This document shows positions 50,701-58,529 of a stretch of 64,000 bases of DNA, in pieces. The translations under genes and the position numbers were made by a program. The notes beneath the pieces were generated by a model. The model saw only the letters and a list, made by a program, of their open reading frames with translations, was not told the origin of the DNA and searched no databases. The number at the start of each line of letters is the position of its first letter. Within the stretch, counting starts at the first letter, position 1. This DNA is from an uncultured Pseudomonadales bacterium (GTDB lineage Bacteria; Patescibacteriota; Microgenomatia; UBA1400; UBA1396), in assembly GCA_964603945.1 (NCBI GenBank), contig CAZRWP010000001.1, positions 184,547-248,546 of the forward strand, written 5' to 3'.

Positions 50701-50879
50701 GTTCCGCACCTATCGCAACTGGTGAAACTACCCAGCTGGGTGAATATCCAGGTGGAGGACCTCGCTATTTAACTGGCCAAATCGACGACGTGCGCATCTA
50801 CAACTACGCCCTGTCACCAGCCCAAATCTTGAAGGTCTATAACCAGGGCCAAGCCGTTAACTTCACCCGCGCGAACTGA
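47721..50879 (+). CDS. DUF2341 plus four LamG/concanavalin-like domain surface protein
   Basis: TM/signal segment; WWDNSWRYRKPI...CGDLRF...YYGNP (DUF2341-like); four W.FDE...FDG...DEVKIY repeats; ATG at 47721 after TATAAT at 47634. Confidence 0.88.
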   Translation: MNRRGKYARLPLLIGALLLLTLIPFALFRGSQAPEAEAAWWDNSWRYRKPIQVTNNTTQQTNVYITLTLDTSDTTKFQDDCGDLRFTKQNGQVLPYYIASGCGTASTSVHVQLDTFPAGAQTLYAYYGNPSAPNGFANNDFLMEATNYTVGGTGSEEIAPGPVAYWKFDEGSGSTAHDSAGSNNGNINGATWVSEDQCIDGKCLNFDGLDDSVSATNPSNFCTLPSISYVAWVNSDLATQNNSSGIIVNRQFKLTAGSDYSSRIYLEDGSDATVLKQVSTGIPLNQNEWDFVATTFDLAEGKIHIYLNGNLMASESFDSAGLTLNDDYCTALVLGNDYDSSNRKFDGYLDEVKIFPYALTEDEIKAEYNLGAAAVIGTGPAAPPPLGGNLDDSLVAHWAFDEQSGQTAHDKVGTNHGTLGADTNPGSDDPTWKSVSECKVNGCLGFDGTNNFITNSSPENLPTGSQATWTWWSKSSATGWSANALLGDNRSLWSIRQSSNYLYLGLGGEESGATASFSTDVNWSHYAITFNSGSASFFKNGEMIGNYSFANTTVPALSTLYVGRRSTVAAPYFFNGLIDEVKIYNTALTPEQVLQDMNAGASLTVGVGADEADEIIDGAGAPPIAEWKFDENQGTTAYDTSGNGNDGTVNGATWKSGCQQGACLEFDGNNRISISNDPILSPNQVTVGVWARLSPSFNSWGYLVAKEWGYSGYALYVAADRRPVFITNDGSSPQNINYGSTNLEKGKWYYLVGTYDGTKSTIYVDGVSENVQSFDMVQSSSTLFLGNHGDNTRGFNGQIDHIKIYDYARTPAQIAYDYNRGAPVAHWRFDECEGTVAHDSSGNGNHGTINIGPSGSQSTAGTCQTSGAWANGKDGKFNGSLNFDGTDDVVNLGNPSRIANLSTNITAAVWIKPTSGGGVLYRGAGSNYNYLLQIESSSQIRLRLWETLGDAGSGINYLVPGLNLFNSWNHIAFTYDGNSVKIFVNAELKSNTPRSAPIATGETTQLGEYPGGGPRYLTGQIDDVRIYNYALSPAQILKVYNQGQAVNFTRAN

Positions 50880-50913
50880 GTTCCGCTCCTTTCCTCGTAT
50901 GAGATCGCTACAA

Positions 50914-51495
50914 ATGGCTCTTGAACCATCGCGCAGACATCTGCTACTGTCATCCTTGCCCGTGCGCAAGGAGTGGAAACAACGTCCGGCGCCCATCACT
51001 TTTGAGCAAGTCACACGTCTTGCTCAGGAATCGCTGTTGCGCCAGGGCTCCCACCCACCGACCCTGATCGTTGATGGTTTCAAAAACCCCATTGTTATCC
51101 AAATGGATAGGCTTGCGCCTACGTATGAGGCAAGACTGCAACAGATGTACTTTACTGGTCAGGCGCTATCCCACGAAGGAACTGCCGGTCGGGTGCGATC
51201 CGTCTACTTCGTCACAGAAGCGTGGCTGAGCCAGGCGCGGGAGGGAAAATTGTCTGGTATGCGACCCTCGCAAGACCCGTAGCGCAAAGAGGTCCTGATG
51301 GTCAATGGACTGGATCGGTTAATCGGTAAGTCACGCCGAGTCCATCTGGCGATTTTCGAAATGGTGCGTGACGAGCAAGGCACTTTGCGGGAGATTCGCG
51401 ACTATACCTTTCCGGATGATCCGGAGTTGGTTGCCGACACGCCGCTGCTGGAAGCGTTTTTGACCGGGTTTTGGACAAAAGGCGGGTTGCGGTAA
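50914..51495 (+). pseudogene. hypothetical gene split by an in-frame TAG (51280-51282)
   Basis: ORFs 50899-51282 and 51298-51495 are in the same frame: ...RPSQDP*RKEVLMVNG... Confidence 0.75.
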
Positions 51496-51547
51496 TCGAG
51501 GGAAAACAGTAAGGATCGTGGTGATTTTGCGATTTTCATAGCCGTAG

Positions 51548-51814
51548 CTAGCGGGTGTCTTTTCGTTTCTTCTGCTTCGCTTTATTGCTTGCCGGTTCAG
51601 TGCGCACTATTAGATCAAGGGTAGCAATTCCCAAAACTGCGGCCAGCCTGTCGAGAGTGTCGAGATCTGGACGGACGACTGGTTCAGTTTTTAGACGGTG
51701 TAAAGTGCTTAATGAAATACCCGCTTTCTTGGCTAGTTCAGTGTAAGTTAGCCGGCGTTGATTCTCGACTTCCCATCTAAATATGTGTTTGTCAATATCC
51801 AGCCAATACGGCAT
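51548..51814 (-). CDS. Cro/C1 (XRE) helix-turn-helix regulator
   Basis: LTYTELAKKAGISLSTLHRL...LDTLDRLAAVLG. Confidence 0.88.
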   Translation of the reverse strand: MPYWLDIDKHIFRWEVENQRRLTYTELAKKAGISLSTLHRLKTEPVVRPDLDTLDRLAAVLGIATLDLIVRTEPASNKAKQKKRKDTR

Positions 51815-51874
51815 ATAGCTCCTTGGTTTTTCTACTTGTTTTGTAATATTTCTTTGAAATTATATCAAACCAGG

Positions 51875-52462
51875 TCATAGGTTCAACCGCTTCACCACCT
51901 CCTCAAGCTCATCGTCGGTAACTCCCAAGTACCGCTTGGTGTACGCTAGGCTGGCGTGGTTGAGCTTGTACATGATGAGCGCCAGATCCACCCCACTCAT
52001 GCGGGCGTGATAGCCCCAGGTCTTGCGTAAACTGTGTGTGCCGAAGTTGCCACGCAAGCCAATATCCGCGCAGATTCTGGTAATAAACTTCCAGGCTTGC
52101 CCGCGCTTGATTGGCTCGCGAAAGTTGTTCACCCTGACGTTGAAAAAGACGTAGTTGTCCGGATCGCTCGCAACAGCCGGATAGGCAACCAGATACTCGC
52201 CGAGTGCCTCCCGAATGCTGTCGTTAATGACAACCTCCTGCCTCTTGCCCCGCTTCTCTTCATTGATAGCAAAGCGGCGGCGGATAAGGCCCCGTTCATC
52301 TAAGAAGTGATGAATGCGCAGATTGAGTAAGTCCGAAATGCGCAGCGCGGAGTTGATCCCTACGGTAAACAGCAGCAGGTCGCGGTAACGACCTTGTCCG
52401 CGCAGTTGGTTCTTAATCTGCGCGATGCGCTTGCGGTCGCGGATGGGTTCAACAAAGTTCAT
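51875..52462 (-). CDS. tyrosine recombinase (catalytic-domain-only type)
   Basis: ALRISDLL (R), EEKRGK (K), HSLRKT (HxxR), LNH...TKRYLG (H/Y); start MNFVEPIRD. Confidence 0.93.
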   Translation of the reverse strand: MNFVEPIRDRKRIAQIKNQLRGQGRYRDLLLFTVGINSALRISDLLNLRIHHFLDERGLIRRRFAINEEKRGKRQEVVINDSIREALGEYLVAYPAVASDPDNYVFFNVRVNNFREPIKRGQAWKFITRICADIGLRGNFGTHSLRKTWGYHARMSGVDLALIMYKLNHASLAYTKRYLGVTDDELEEVVKRLNL

Positions 52463-52494
52463 ATTTTCTTCGGGTGTTTGTGTGGCGTGGTTTG

Positions 52495-52534
52495 TAGTGA
52501 ACACAACCGCTGTATAGAGCCAATGTGTTCACTA
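52495..52534. promoter_or_regulatory. inverted repeat upstream of the recombinase (candidate binding or crossover site)
   Basis: TAGTGAACACA-N18-TGTGTTCACTA perfect 11-bp arms. Confidence 0.6.
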
Positions 52535-52710
52535 AGAACAGCCTATCAAACGCAGCTGGCCGTTACAAGCACCGATTTACCGGGGATTTTCAGTAATAGT
52601 AGACTTAATAGATATCGTGTTTACTTGGGTGTTTGAGTGCAGTGATTGGGGTGGTCGCTGTGGTTAGGTGATTGATTGTGGTCGCACCAGCCGCTACACT
52701 GACCTCAGTT

Positions 52711-52953
52711 ATGACAGACGCAACAGCCACGGCAGATACGCCACCTAACACAATCACCCCGATCACTATAACCGCCACGGAGCTTCGCAAAAGTCCTGGT
52801 CAGTTCTTGGATCGCGTGTTTTATCGCGGCGAGAGCTTTGTCGTGGAGAGGGCAGGGAAGCCAATGGCGGTAATTGGGCCGATCAACGATATGGAGGCTT
52901 ACGAATCAGGAGTTCGAGAGATGAAAAAAGACACACCAAGTCTCCATTTATAA
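52711..52953 (+). CDS. Phd/YefM-family antitoxin-like protein
   Basis: ITATELRK...FLDRVFYRGESFVVERAGKPMAVI. Confidence 0.82.
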   Translation: MTDATATADTPPNTITPITITATELRKSPGQFLDRVFYRGESFVVERAGKPMAVIGPINDMEAYESGVREMKKDTPSLHL

Positions 52954-52960
52954 AGGTCAT

Positions 52961-53299
52961 ATGACATACACCGAGTTAGCAAAAATCGCGATGGATACGA
53001 GAAAGCTGTTTGAGAGTTATGAGAAACAGAGTACTGGAAAAACCTGGGGCACTGAGGAGCTGTTGATTGGCTTGGTCACTGACGTTGGTGATTTAGCACG
53101 ATTGATTCTTGCTAAAGAAGGTTTTCGAGCGGCGGATAAAGACATTGATAAGGCCATGAGGCACGAGTTGGCAGACTGCTTCTGGGCAATTATCGTGCTA
53201 TCAGAAAAATACGATATCAATCTCGAAGATGCGTTGGTAGAAATGAGTAAGGATATCAGAGAAAAACTAAAGTCTTTTAGTGAACAAAGAATTACGTGA
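52961..53299 (+). CDS. MazG-like nucleotide pyrophosphohydrolase
   Basis: GLVTDVGDLA...HELADCFW...YDINLE all-alpha NTP-PPase pattern. Confidence 0.82.
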   Translation: MTYTELAKIAMDTRKLFESYEKQSTGKTWGTEELLIGLVTDVGDLARLILAKEGFRAADKDIDKAMRHELADCFWAIIVLSEKYDINLEDALVEMSKDIREKLKSFSEQRIT

Positions 53300-53367
53300 G
53301 GGTCCTTTCATCAAGCGGTGCAACTACCGCTCACAATTCTCATGGACTTTCACAGGTAACTTCTTAT

Positions 53368-53692
53368 ACTGCTTGGCCGCGGTCAGGCTCAACCCAAACT
53401 TGCGCGCTTCGGAGAACACCACCGGCAAGGCGGTCGTCACGAACTGCTGCACTTCCTCGACAAACAGGTAAAACGGCGCAATCGCCGCGTTCTCGTCGGC
53501 GCGCCGCGTCATAGCCGCCATCTGGAAATCGGTGATCAGCATCGCGCCGAGGTTGGCCTGCTCGCTGCGCGTCTCGTCGCTGTTGAGGTTCGCCAGAAAA
53601 ATCTTGCCCTCGTCCAGAATGGCTTTGAAGTCCAGGCGGTGCGGGTGGCAGACCATGTTGCGCACCGCGCTGTTGCGGTAGAAGATGCGGAT
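53368..53692 (-). pseudogene. internal fragment of a TraD/VirD4-like (type IV coupling) ATPase
   Basis: LDFKAILDEGKIFLANL, PFYLFVEEVQQF (Walker-B-like), SEARKFGLSLTAAKQY; very GC-rich, with no start and no proper end. Confidence 0.78.
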
Positions 53693-53742
53693 GAGGGCTT
53701 CCCCTCTTGGCTAAAAGCTAATGCTTATGCTACGCTGACCTC

Positions 53743-54693
53743 ATGCAAAGAGAAAATTTTAAGGTTGGAATAATAGGTTGCGGCAAGGTCGGCATGACCA
53801 CGGCATATGCCCTACTTTTAAAAGGTTTGCCCACGGAGCTCGTTTTGGTTGACCGCAAAAAGGAGTATGTCGAGGGCGAAGACCTCGACCTCGAGCACGG
53901 GATGCCTTTCATGCAAAAGGCCATCATTACCGGCACCGAGAATTACGAAGACTTGCGCGAGGCTGACGTGGTGATTTTCACAGCCGGCGCCGCACAAAAA
54001 CCGGGCGAATCGCGTCTGGATCTGACCGCCAAAAACAAGGCGATTGTTGAAGAAATCATCCCAAAAATTCTGCAATACGCACCCTCAGCCCTCATCATTA
54101 TGGTGACAAATCCGGTCGATGTCTTGACCTTTCACGCCAATCAAGTTGCACAGGCAATCAGTCAAGCCGGCACAGCCAACGTCCGGCCAGGCCAAATTTT
54201 TGGTTCAGGTACTTTGCTGGACACTTCGCGTTTCCGCTTCCACTTGTCGGAAATGCTCAATCTGCATCCGCGTAGTATTCACGCCTATATTTTGGGCGAG
54301 CATGGCGACAGTTCCTTCCCGACTTTGCATTCCGCCACTGTGGGTGGTCAGCGCCTAACCACTCTGCCGGATTTTTCCATGGAAATGGCTGAGTCAGCTT
54401 ACGAGCAAGCCAAGAACGCCGCCTACAAAATTATTGAGGGCAAAGGCGCGACTTATTACGCCATCGCCACCGTTCTAACCCACATAGTAGAAGCAATTCA
54501 TCATGACAACCGTTCGGTTTTACCACTTTCAACACCCATCAATGATTATCATGGTCACAGCGGAGTTTCTTTGAGCGTGCCTTGTGTCATCAGTCGGCAG
54601 GGAATTGAGCGTACATTGGTAATTGATTTATCTGATGAAGAAAAGGGTAAGCTCGCCCACTCCGTCGACACCATTCGGCAATATCAAGGATAA
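53743..54693 (+). CDS. ldh: L-lactate dehydrogenase
   Basis: GCGKVG Rossmann motif, AGAAQKPGESRLDL (Gln specificity residue), TNPVD, LDTSR, GEHGDS, KGATYY. Confidence 0.95.
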   Translation: MQRENFKVGIIGCGKVGMTTAYALLLKGLPTELVLVDRKKEYVEGEDLDLEHGMPFMQKAIITGTENYEDLREADVVIFTAGAAQKPGESRLDLTAKNKAIVEEIIPKILQYAPSALIIMVTNPVDVLTFHANQVAQAISQAGTANVRPGQIFGSGTLLDTSRFRFHLSEMLNLHPRSIHAYILGEHGDSSFPTLHSATVGGQRLTTLPDFSMEMAESAYEQAKNAAYKIIEGKGATYYAIATVLTHIVEAIHHDNRSVLPLSTPINDYHGHSGVSLSVPCVISRQGIERTLVIDLSDEEKGKLAHSVDTIRQYQG

Positions 54694-54753
54694 ATCGACC
54701 CCATTCGGCAGTATCAAGGTTAAGCTAACACCATTCGGCAGTATCAAGGATGA
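54664..54753 (+). repeat. three 30-bp tandem copies of the ldh 3' end
   Basis: Units encode VDTIRQYQG*, IDPIRQYQG* and ANTIRQYQG*. Confidence 0.9.
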
Positions 54754-54850
54754 TCAGATATTAATTCTGTAAAAATCAGACTTTTCAAAGCCATGACAAT
54801 CCAGCTATACTGGATTAGAGGTTCTGCCCAACGTAAAAAAAGGAGAAAAT

Positions 54851-55168
54851 ATGAACTCACCATTAATATTACCTGTAACTCTGGCCATTGCCGGCGTTTT
54901 GGCCTTCATGGCTACCACCGGTTTATTACCACCAACGCTATTCCGACTCTGGCCGATCGTGTTTGTAATTCTGGGTATTGTTGGTCTCTTGTCACTTAGC
55001 AGTGAAGAGTTAGAGATGTCCGATTCCAAGCCAACTAAGAAGAAGTCATCGGCCAAGCAGGCTAAGACATCAGCCAAGAAAACCAGTAAAGCCTCCACCA
55101 AATCCAAGGCAACAAAATCAGCTAAAAAAAGCAAAACAACTACCAGAAAAACTGCCAAAAAGAAGTAG
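54851..55168 (+). CDS. small two-TM membrane protein with a Lys-rich tail
   Basis: AGGAG Shine-Dalgarno; two hydrophobic helices with an LWP motif. Confidence 0.8.
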   Translation: MNSPLILPVTLAIAGVLAFMATTGLLPPTLFRLWPIVFVILGIVGLLSLSSEELEMSDSKPTKKKSSAKQAKTSAKKTSKASTKSKATKSAKKSKTTTRKTAKKK

Positions 55169-55170
55169 GC

Positions 55171-55884
55171 ATGACACCACTCGCTCAACCTTTTCAGGTC
55201 GCAATTGATGGGCCAGTTTCAGTCGGTAAAAGTACAATCGCCAGATTGCTGGCTCAGCGATTAGGTTTTTTGTATGTCGATACCGGTGCTATGTACCGCG
55301 CCACTGGCTTACTGGCTATTCGCGAAGGTGTTGATCCAAATGATGAGGAAGAGGTCTCAGCTTTACTGAGAAGCCATCACATTACCCTCGCTTCTCCCCA
55401 AGGTCAAAAGGATGACGGTCGAAAAATAACAGTTTACTTGGATGATGAGGACGTTTCCTGGTCAATTCGCACCGAAGAAGTCAGCAAAGCTTCTTCTCAG
55501 GTGGCTCAGCATAAAAAAGTCCGGGAACAATTAGTTCATCAGCAACAGGAGATTGCCGCCAAAAATAACGTGGTCATGGAAGGCCGCGATATTACTTATC
55601 GGGTTCTGCCCAAGGCTCAGTTAAAAATTTATTTGGATGCCAATGATCTCAAACGCGCCGAGTGGCGACATACCGAACTGCTTTTACTCGCACAAGATGT
55701 TACGCTAGATGAAGTCGTCGCTGAACTTCGGGAACGGGATGATCGCGACAAGAACCGCGCTGTCGACCCGCTTCAAGTAGTTGATGATGCCTGGTATTTT
55801 GACCGATCAGATTTAGAACTTGAAGAGGCTCTGGATCTGATAGAAAAGCGAGCGAAAGAGTTATGGCTACAAAGCGCAACCTAA
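55171..55884 (+). CDS. cmk: cytidylate kinase
   Basis: AIDGPVSVGKST, VDTGAMYR, VMEGRDI, RDDRD..RAVDPL. Confidence 0.96.
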   Translation: MTPLAQPFQVAIDGPVSVGKSTIARLLAQRLGFLYVDTGAMYRATGLLAIREGVDPNDEEEVSALLRSHHITLASPQGQKDDGRKITVYLDDEDVSWSIRTEEVSKASSQVAQHKKVREQLVHQQQEIAAKNNVVMEGRDITYRVLPKAQLKIYLDANDLKRAEWRHTELLLLAQDVTLDEVVAELRERDDRDKNRAVDPLQVVDDAWYFDRSDLELEEALDLIEKRAKELWLQSAT

Positions 55885-55982
55885 AACCAGCTGAGGAAAG
55901 ATACAAAAAAGCCCGCTGGGTGATGCCAGTTCTCTTGGCGTTAAGCGTGCTTTTATCTTTATATTTCTGGACCCAAGGCTAA
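55863..55982 (+). CDS. candidate 39-aa membrane microprotein overlapping the end of cmk
   Basis: MATKRNLKPAEERYKKARWVMPVLLALSVLLSLYFWTQG*: basic N-terminus plus a TM helix, purine-rich sequence upstream. Confidence 0.5.
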   Translation: MATKRNLKPAEERYKKARWVMPVLLALSVLLSLYFWTQG

Positions 55983-56043
55983 GATTAGCCAATATTATCC
56001 AAGATTAGCCAAGATTTAGCCAAAATAATCCAATACTAGCCAA
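55977..56043. repeat. degenerate ~10-bp tandem repeat (AAGATTAGCC)
   Basis: About six imperfect copies between convergent genes. Confidence 0.75.
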
Positions 56044-58473
56044 CTATATGCCGGCAGTTTTTGAGTCAGGTTCTGGCGTGGGCGAAAACATTGAGGCCGT
56101 ACAGTGGTGAGTCGGCGCCATACCTTGAGGGAATATCTCCTCTATTACTTTAGGACATTCAGCGCATGGAAGCGTATTCGTGGGCAGGCAAATTTTGACC
56201 TTTTCAAAACCGTCTGGTGTCTGAAAAGCGTGCAATTGCTGTCGGTCAGTCAACAGACTATCCATAATGTGTCGCCAAATAGGTGAAGCACCGGTAATGC
56301 CAGAGGCAACTGAGCTCATGGGCGTGTTATCGTTATTGCCCACCCAACTAACTACGACCCTATCCGATGTGTAGCCAATCGTCCAGTTGTCTCGCAAGTT
56401 ATTGGTGGTGCCGGTTTTTACAGCGACTTCATGTTCAGCTACATTGAGAATTGAGTTTTGGCCAAAAGCCGGCGCCCTAGCTTGTTTGTCACTTAAAATG
56501 CTGGTTACCTGATAAGCCGCTAACGGATTAACTGTTTGTCTAGCCAGACATGGCTGTTCTTGCTCCTGACATGGATTGTGGTAAAGAGTTTTGCCTTCCG
56601 GGGTCTGCACCTGCAAAATGGGATTCAATTCAACCGTATAACCGGTATTAGCTAGAGTTCCATAGACTTCAGCCATGTCATACATAGTGACATCACCACC
56701 ACCCAGCGTTAAAGCAAAACCAAAGCGGGACGAATCTTCCCAAGTATCAATTCCCATATCTTGACCTTTTGTTACCACATTGTTCACACCCAACTGAGCA
56801 ATCAACCGCACTGCCGGAATATTGTAAGAGCTGGCTAGAGCCTCGCGCAAAGACACGCGACCATGGAACCGGCCATCATAATTTTTTGGCGCCCAAGGCT
56901 GAGAGCCGGGGATTTTATACACCACTGGCGTGTCGTCAATTATGGTTGAGGGAGTGAAGCCGTGCTCGAAAGCCACCGCGTACGTGACCGGCTTAATCGA
57001 ACTTCCAGGCTGGCGCGGCCTCAAGGTGACATTCACCTGGCCGTCATTAGAACTGTCAAAATAATCCTTACTGCCCACCATGGCTAGAATTTCTCCCGAG
57101 CGGGGGTCGGTCACCAAGGCCGCGCCGTTACGCACGTCCAATCTGGCTAGGCGGTCCAGTTCCTGGCGAACGGACGCTTCCGCCGATGCCTGAACTGTTA
57201 AATCCAAAGAGGTCCATACTTCTAAACCGCCGCGGCTGACCATTTCTTCGCCATACTCTTTTTCCAATAAATCTCGCACATACATCACAAAATGTGGCGC
57301 TTGTATCTCGTAACGGTTATGCCGAAAATCAAGCTCCTCTTGCGTAGCCATGGCCACTTCTTCAGCCGAAATGTAGCCTAAATATTCCATGCGTTTAAGC
57401 ACATCCAACTGACGCAGGCTTGACCGCTCTGGCGTTGGACCAAACGGTGAATAGGCAGTGGGCGCTACTGGCAAACCGGCCAAAAACGCACTTTCCGCTA
57501 GACTCAGTTCTTTAGCCGACTTGCCAAAATACCATTGGCTAGCCTGTTCAATCCCATAAACAGATCCGCCATAATTAACCTCATTGAGATACCGCTCCAG
57601 AATCTCTTCTTTGGAATAAAGTGCATCAACTGCTACAGCCAGAACAGCCTCTCTGACTTTACGCTGGATTGTTTTTTCTGGTGATAAAAGTGTGTTTTTA
57701 ACTAATTGTTGTGTAATCGTAGAGCCGCCGTGAACACCTGGCTCACTGGAAAGATTATGTTCCAATGCCCTAACTATACCTTTTAGCGAGATTCCCCAGT
57801 GCTCATAAAATTTGTCATCTTCAATGGCTAAAGTTGCTTTAACTAAATGAGGAGAAATATCTTCCAACTTTACCGGCACACGATCTTCTTCATCAAATAA
57901 GGTATAAAGAAGTTGGCCATTGCGGTCATATATCTTTGTTGTCATGGCCGGACGGCGTTCTCGTAACGAATATGGAGAAGGCAGTTCTCTAAAAACAAAG
58001 TCATAAACTAGGTAACCAGCCAAAATAAAAGTTGTTAAAAATAAAAGACTGGAAATTAGTGGAATTACTAAAGTTGATGGCGGTGGTTCAATACGTCGGA
58101 CATGTTCCCAAATCTCTCGCCGCATTTTTTTGAGCCATGCTTGAATTAGCTGACGCAACCACCACCACTCAAAATTTATACTCCACCAAATCTGCTGTCC
58201 GAGTGAGTCAAATGTCAGCCAGTCATAATAAAATGGATCTTTCCTTAATTTGGATAATGAGATGGTTGAAACTGTGGTTTTCTCTTGCCAATTACGAATT
58301 GCTTTACTTAATGAAAGTGTCAAATTGCCTATAATTGAAGGGATTGACCAAATAAATTCAAAAAAAATTAGAAAGGGTAAACCGAACCAATACAAGGCCT
58401 TCAAAATCAAGCCGAAATTTCTGCTAATCCTACCCACAACTTCATTAAACCAGGCTACCCCACCTGACGACAA
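56044..58473 (-). CDS. class A penicillin-binding protein (PBP1A family)
   Basis: Transglycosylase AIEDDKFYEH, GGSTITQQLVKN, RKVRE; transpeptidase GSSIKP, SYN, KTGT; start codon uncertain. Confidence 0.95.
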   Translation of the reverse strand: MSSGGVAWFNEVVGRISRNFGLILKALYWFGLPFLIFFEFIWSIPSIIGNLTLSLSKAIRNWQEKTTVSTISLSKLRKDPFYYDWLTFDSLGQQIWWSINFEWWWLRQLIQAWLKKMRREIWEHVRRIEPPPSTLVIPLISSLLFLTTFILAGYLVYDFVFRELPSPYSLRERRPAMTTKIYDRNGQLLYTLFDEEDRVPVKLEDISPHLVKATLAIEDDKFYEHWGISLKGIVRALEHNLSSEPGVHGGSTITQQLVKNTLLSPEKTIQRKVREAVLAVAVDALYSKEEILERYLNEVNYGGSVYGIEQASQWYFGKSAKELSLAESAFLAGLPVAPTAYSPFGPTPERSSLRQLDVLKRMEYLGYISAEEVAMATQEELDFRHNRYEIQAPHFVMYVRDLLEKEYGEEMVSRGGLEVWTSLDLTVQASAEASVRQELDRLARLDVRNGAALVTDPRSGEILAMVGSKDYFDSSNDGQVNVTLRPRQPGSSIKPVTYAVAFEHGFTPSTIIDDTPVVYKIPGSQPWAPKNYDGRFHGRVSLREALASSYNIPAVRLIAQLGVNNVVTKGQDMGIDTWEDSSRFGFALTLGGGDVTMYDMAEVYGTLANTGYTVELNPILQVQTPEGKTLYHNPCQEQEQPCLARQTVNPLAAYQVTSILSDKQARAPAFGQNSILNVAEHEVAVKTGTTNNLRDNWTIGYTSDRVVVSWVGNNDNTPMSSVASGITGASPIWRHIMDSLLTDRQQLHAFQTPDGFEKVKICLPTNTLPCAECPKVIEEIFPQGMAPTHHCTASMFSPTPEPDSKTAGI

Positions 58474-58529
58474 TGGGGAAATTAAGCGTTTTTGCTTGAT
58501 GTTCTTGGATACAATCGAATTATTTCAGC

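Larger units (their letters stand above)
46700..53692. mobile_element. mosaic island of ICE-like fragments and cargo genes between ddl and ldh
   Basis: Abrupt GC-rich segments, tyrosine recombinase, coupling-protein fragment, pseudogenes, Phd/MazG/HTH cargo; boundaries approximate. Confidence 0.7.

Noticed and set aside
47721-50879. Diversity-generating retroelement targeting the LamG gene
   Set aside because: No reverse transcriptase and no TR/VR pair differing only at adenines is visible in the window.
51280-51282. Stop-codon recoding (TAG or TGA read-through)
   Set aside because: TAG and TGA end normal genes here (rpoC, adk, rplX); an isolated CAG>TAG change in a decaying island is simpler.
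54664-54753. 30-bp repeats as a CRISPR array
   Set aside because: There are no spacers and the unit is the ldh coding end.
55977-56043. 10-bp tandem repeat as iterons or an origin
   Set aside because: It is degenerate, lies between convergent stops and has no rep or dnaA nearby; probably slippage-derived.
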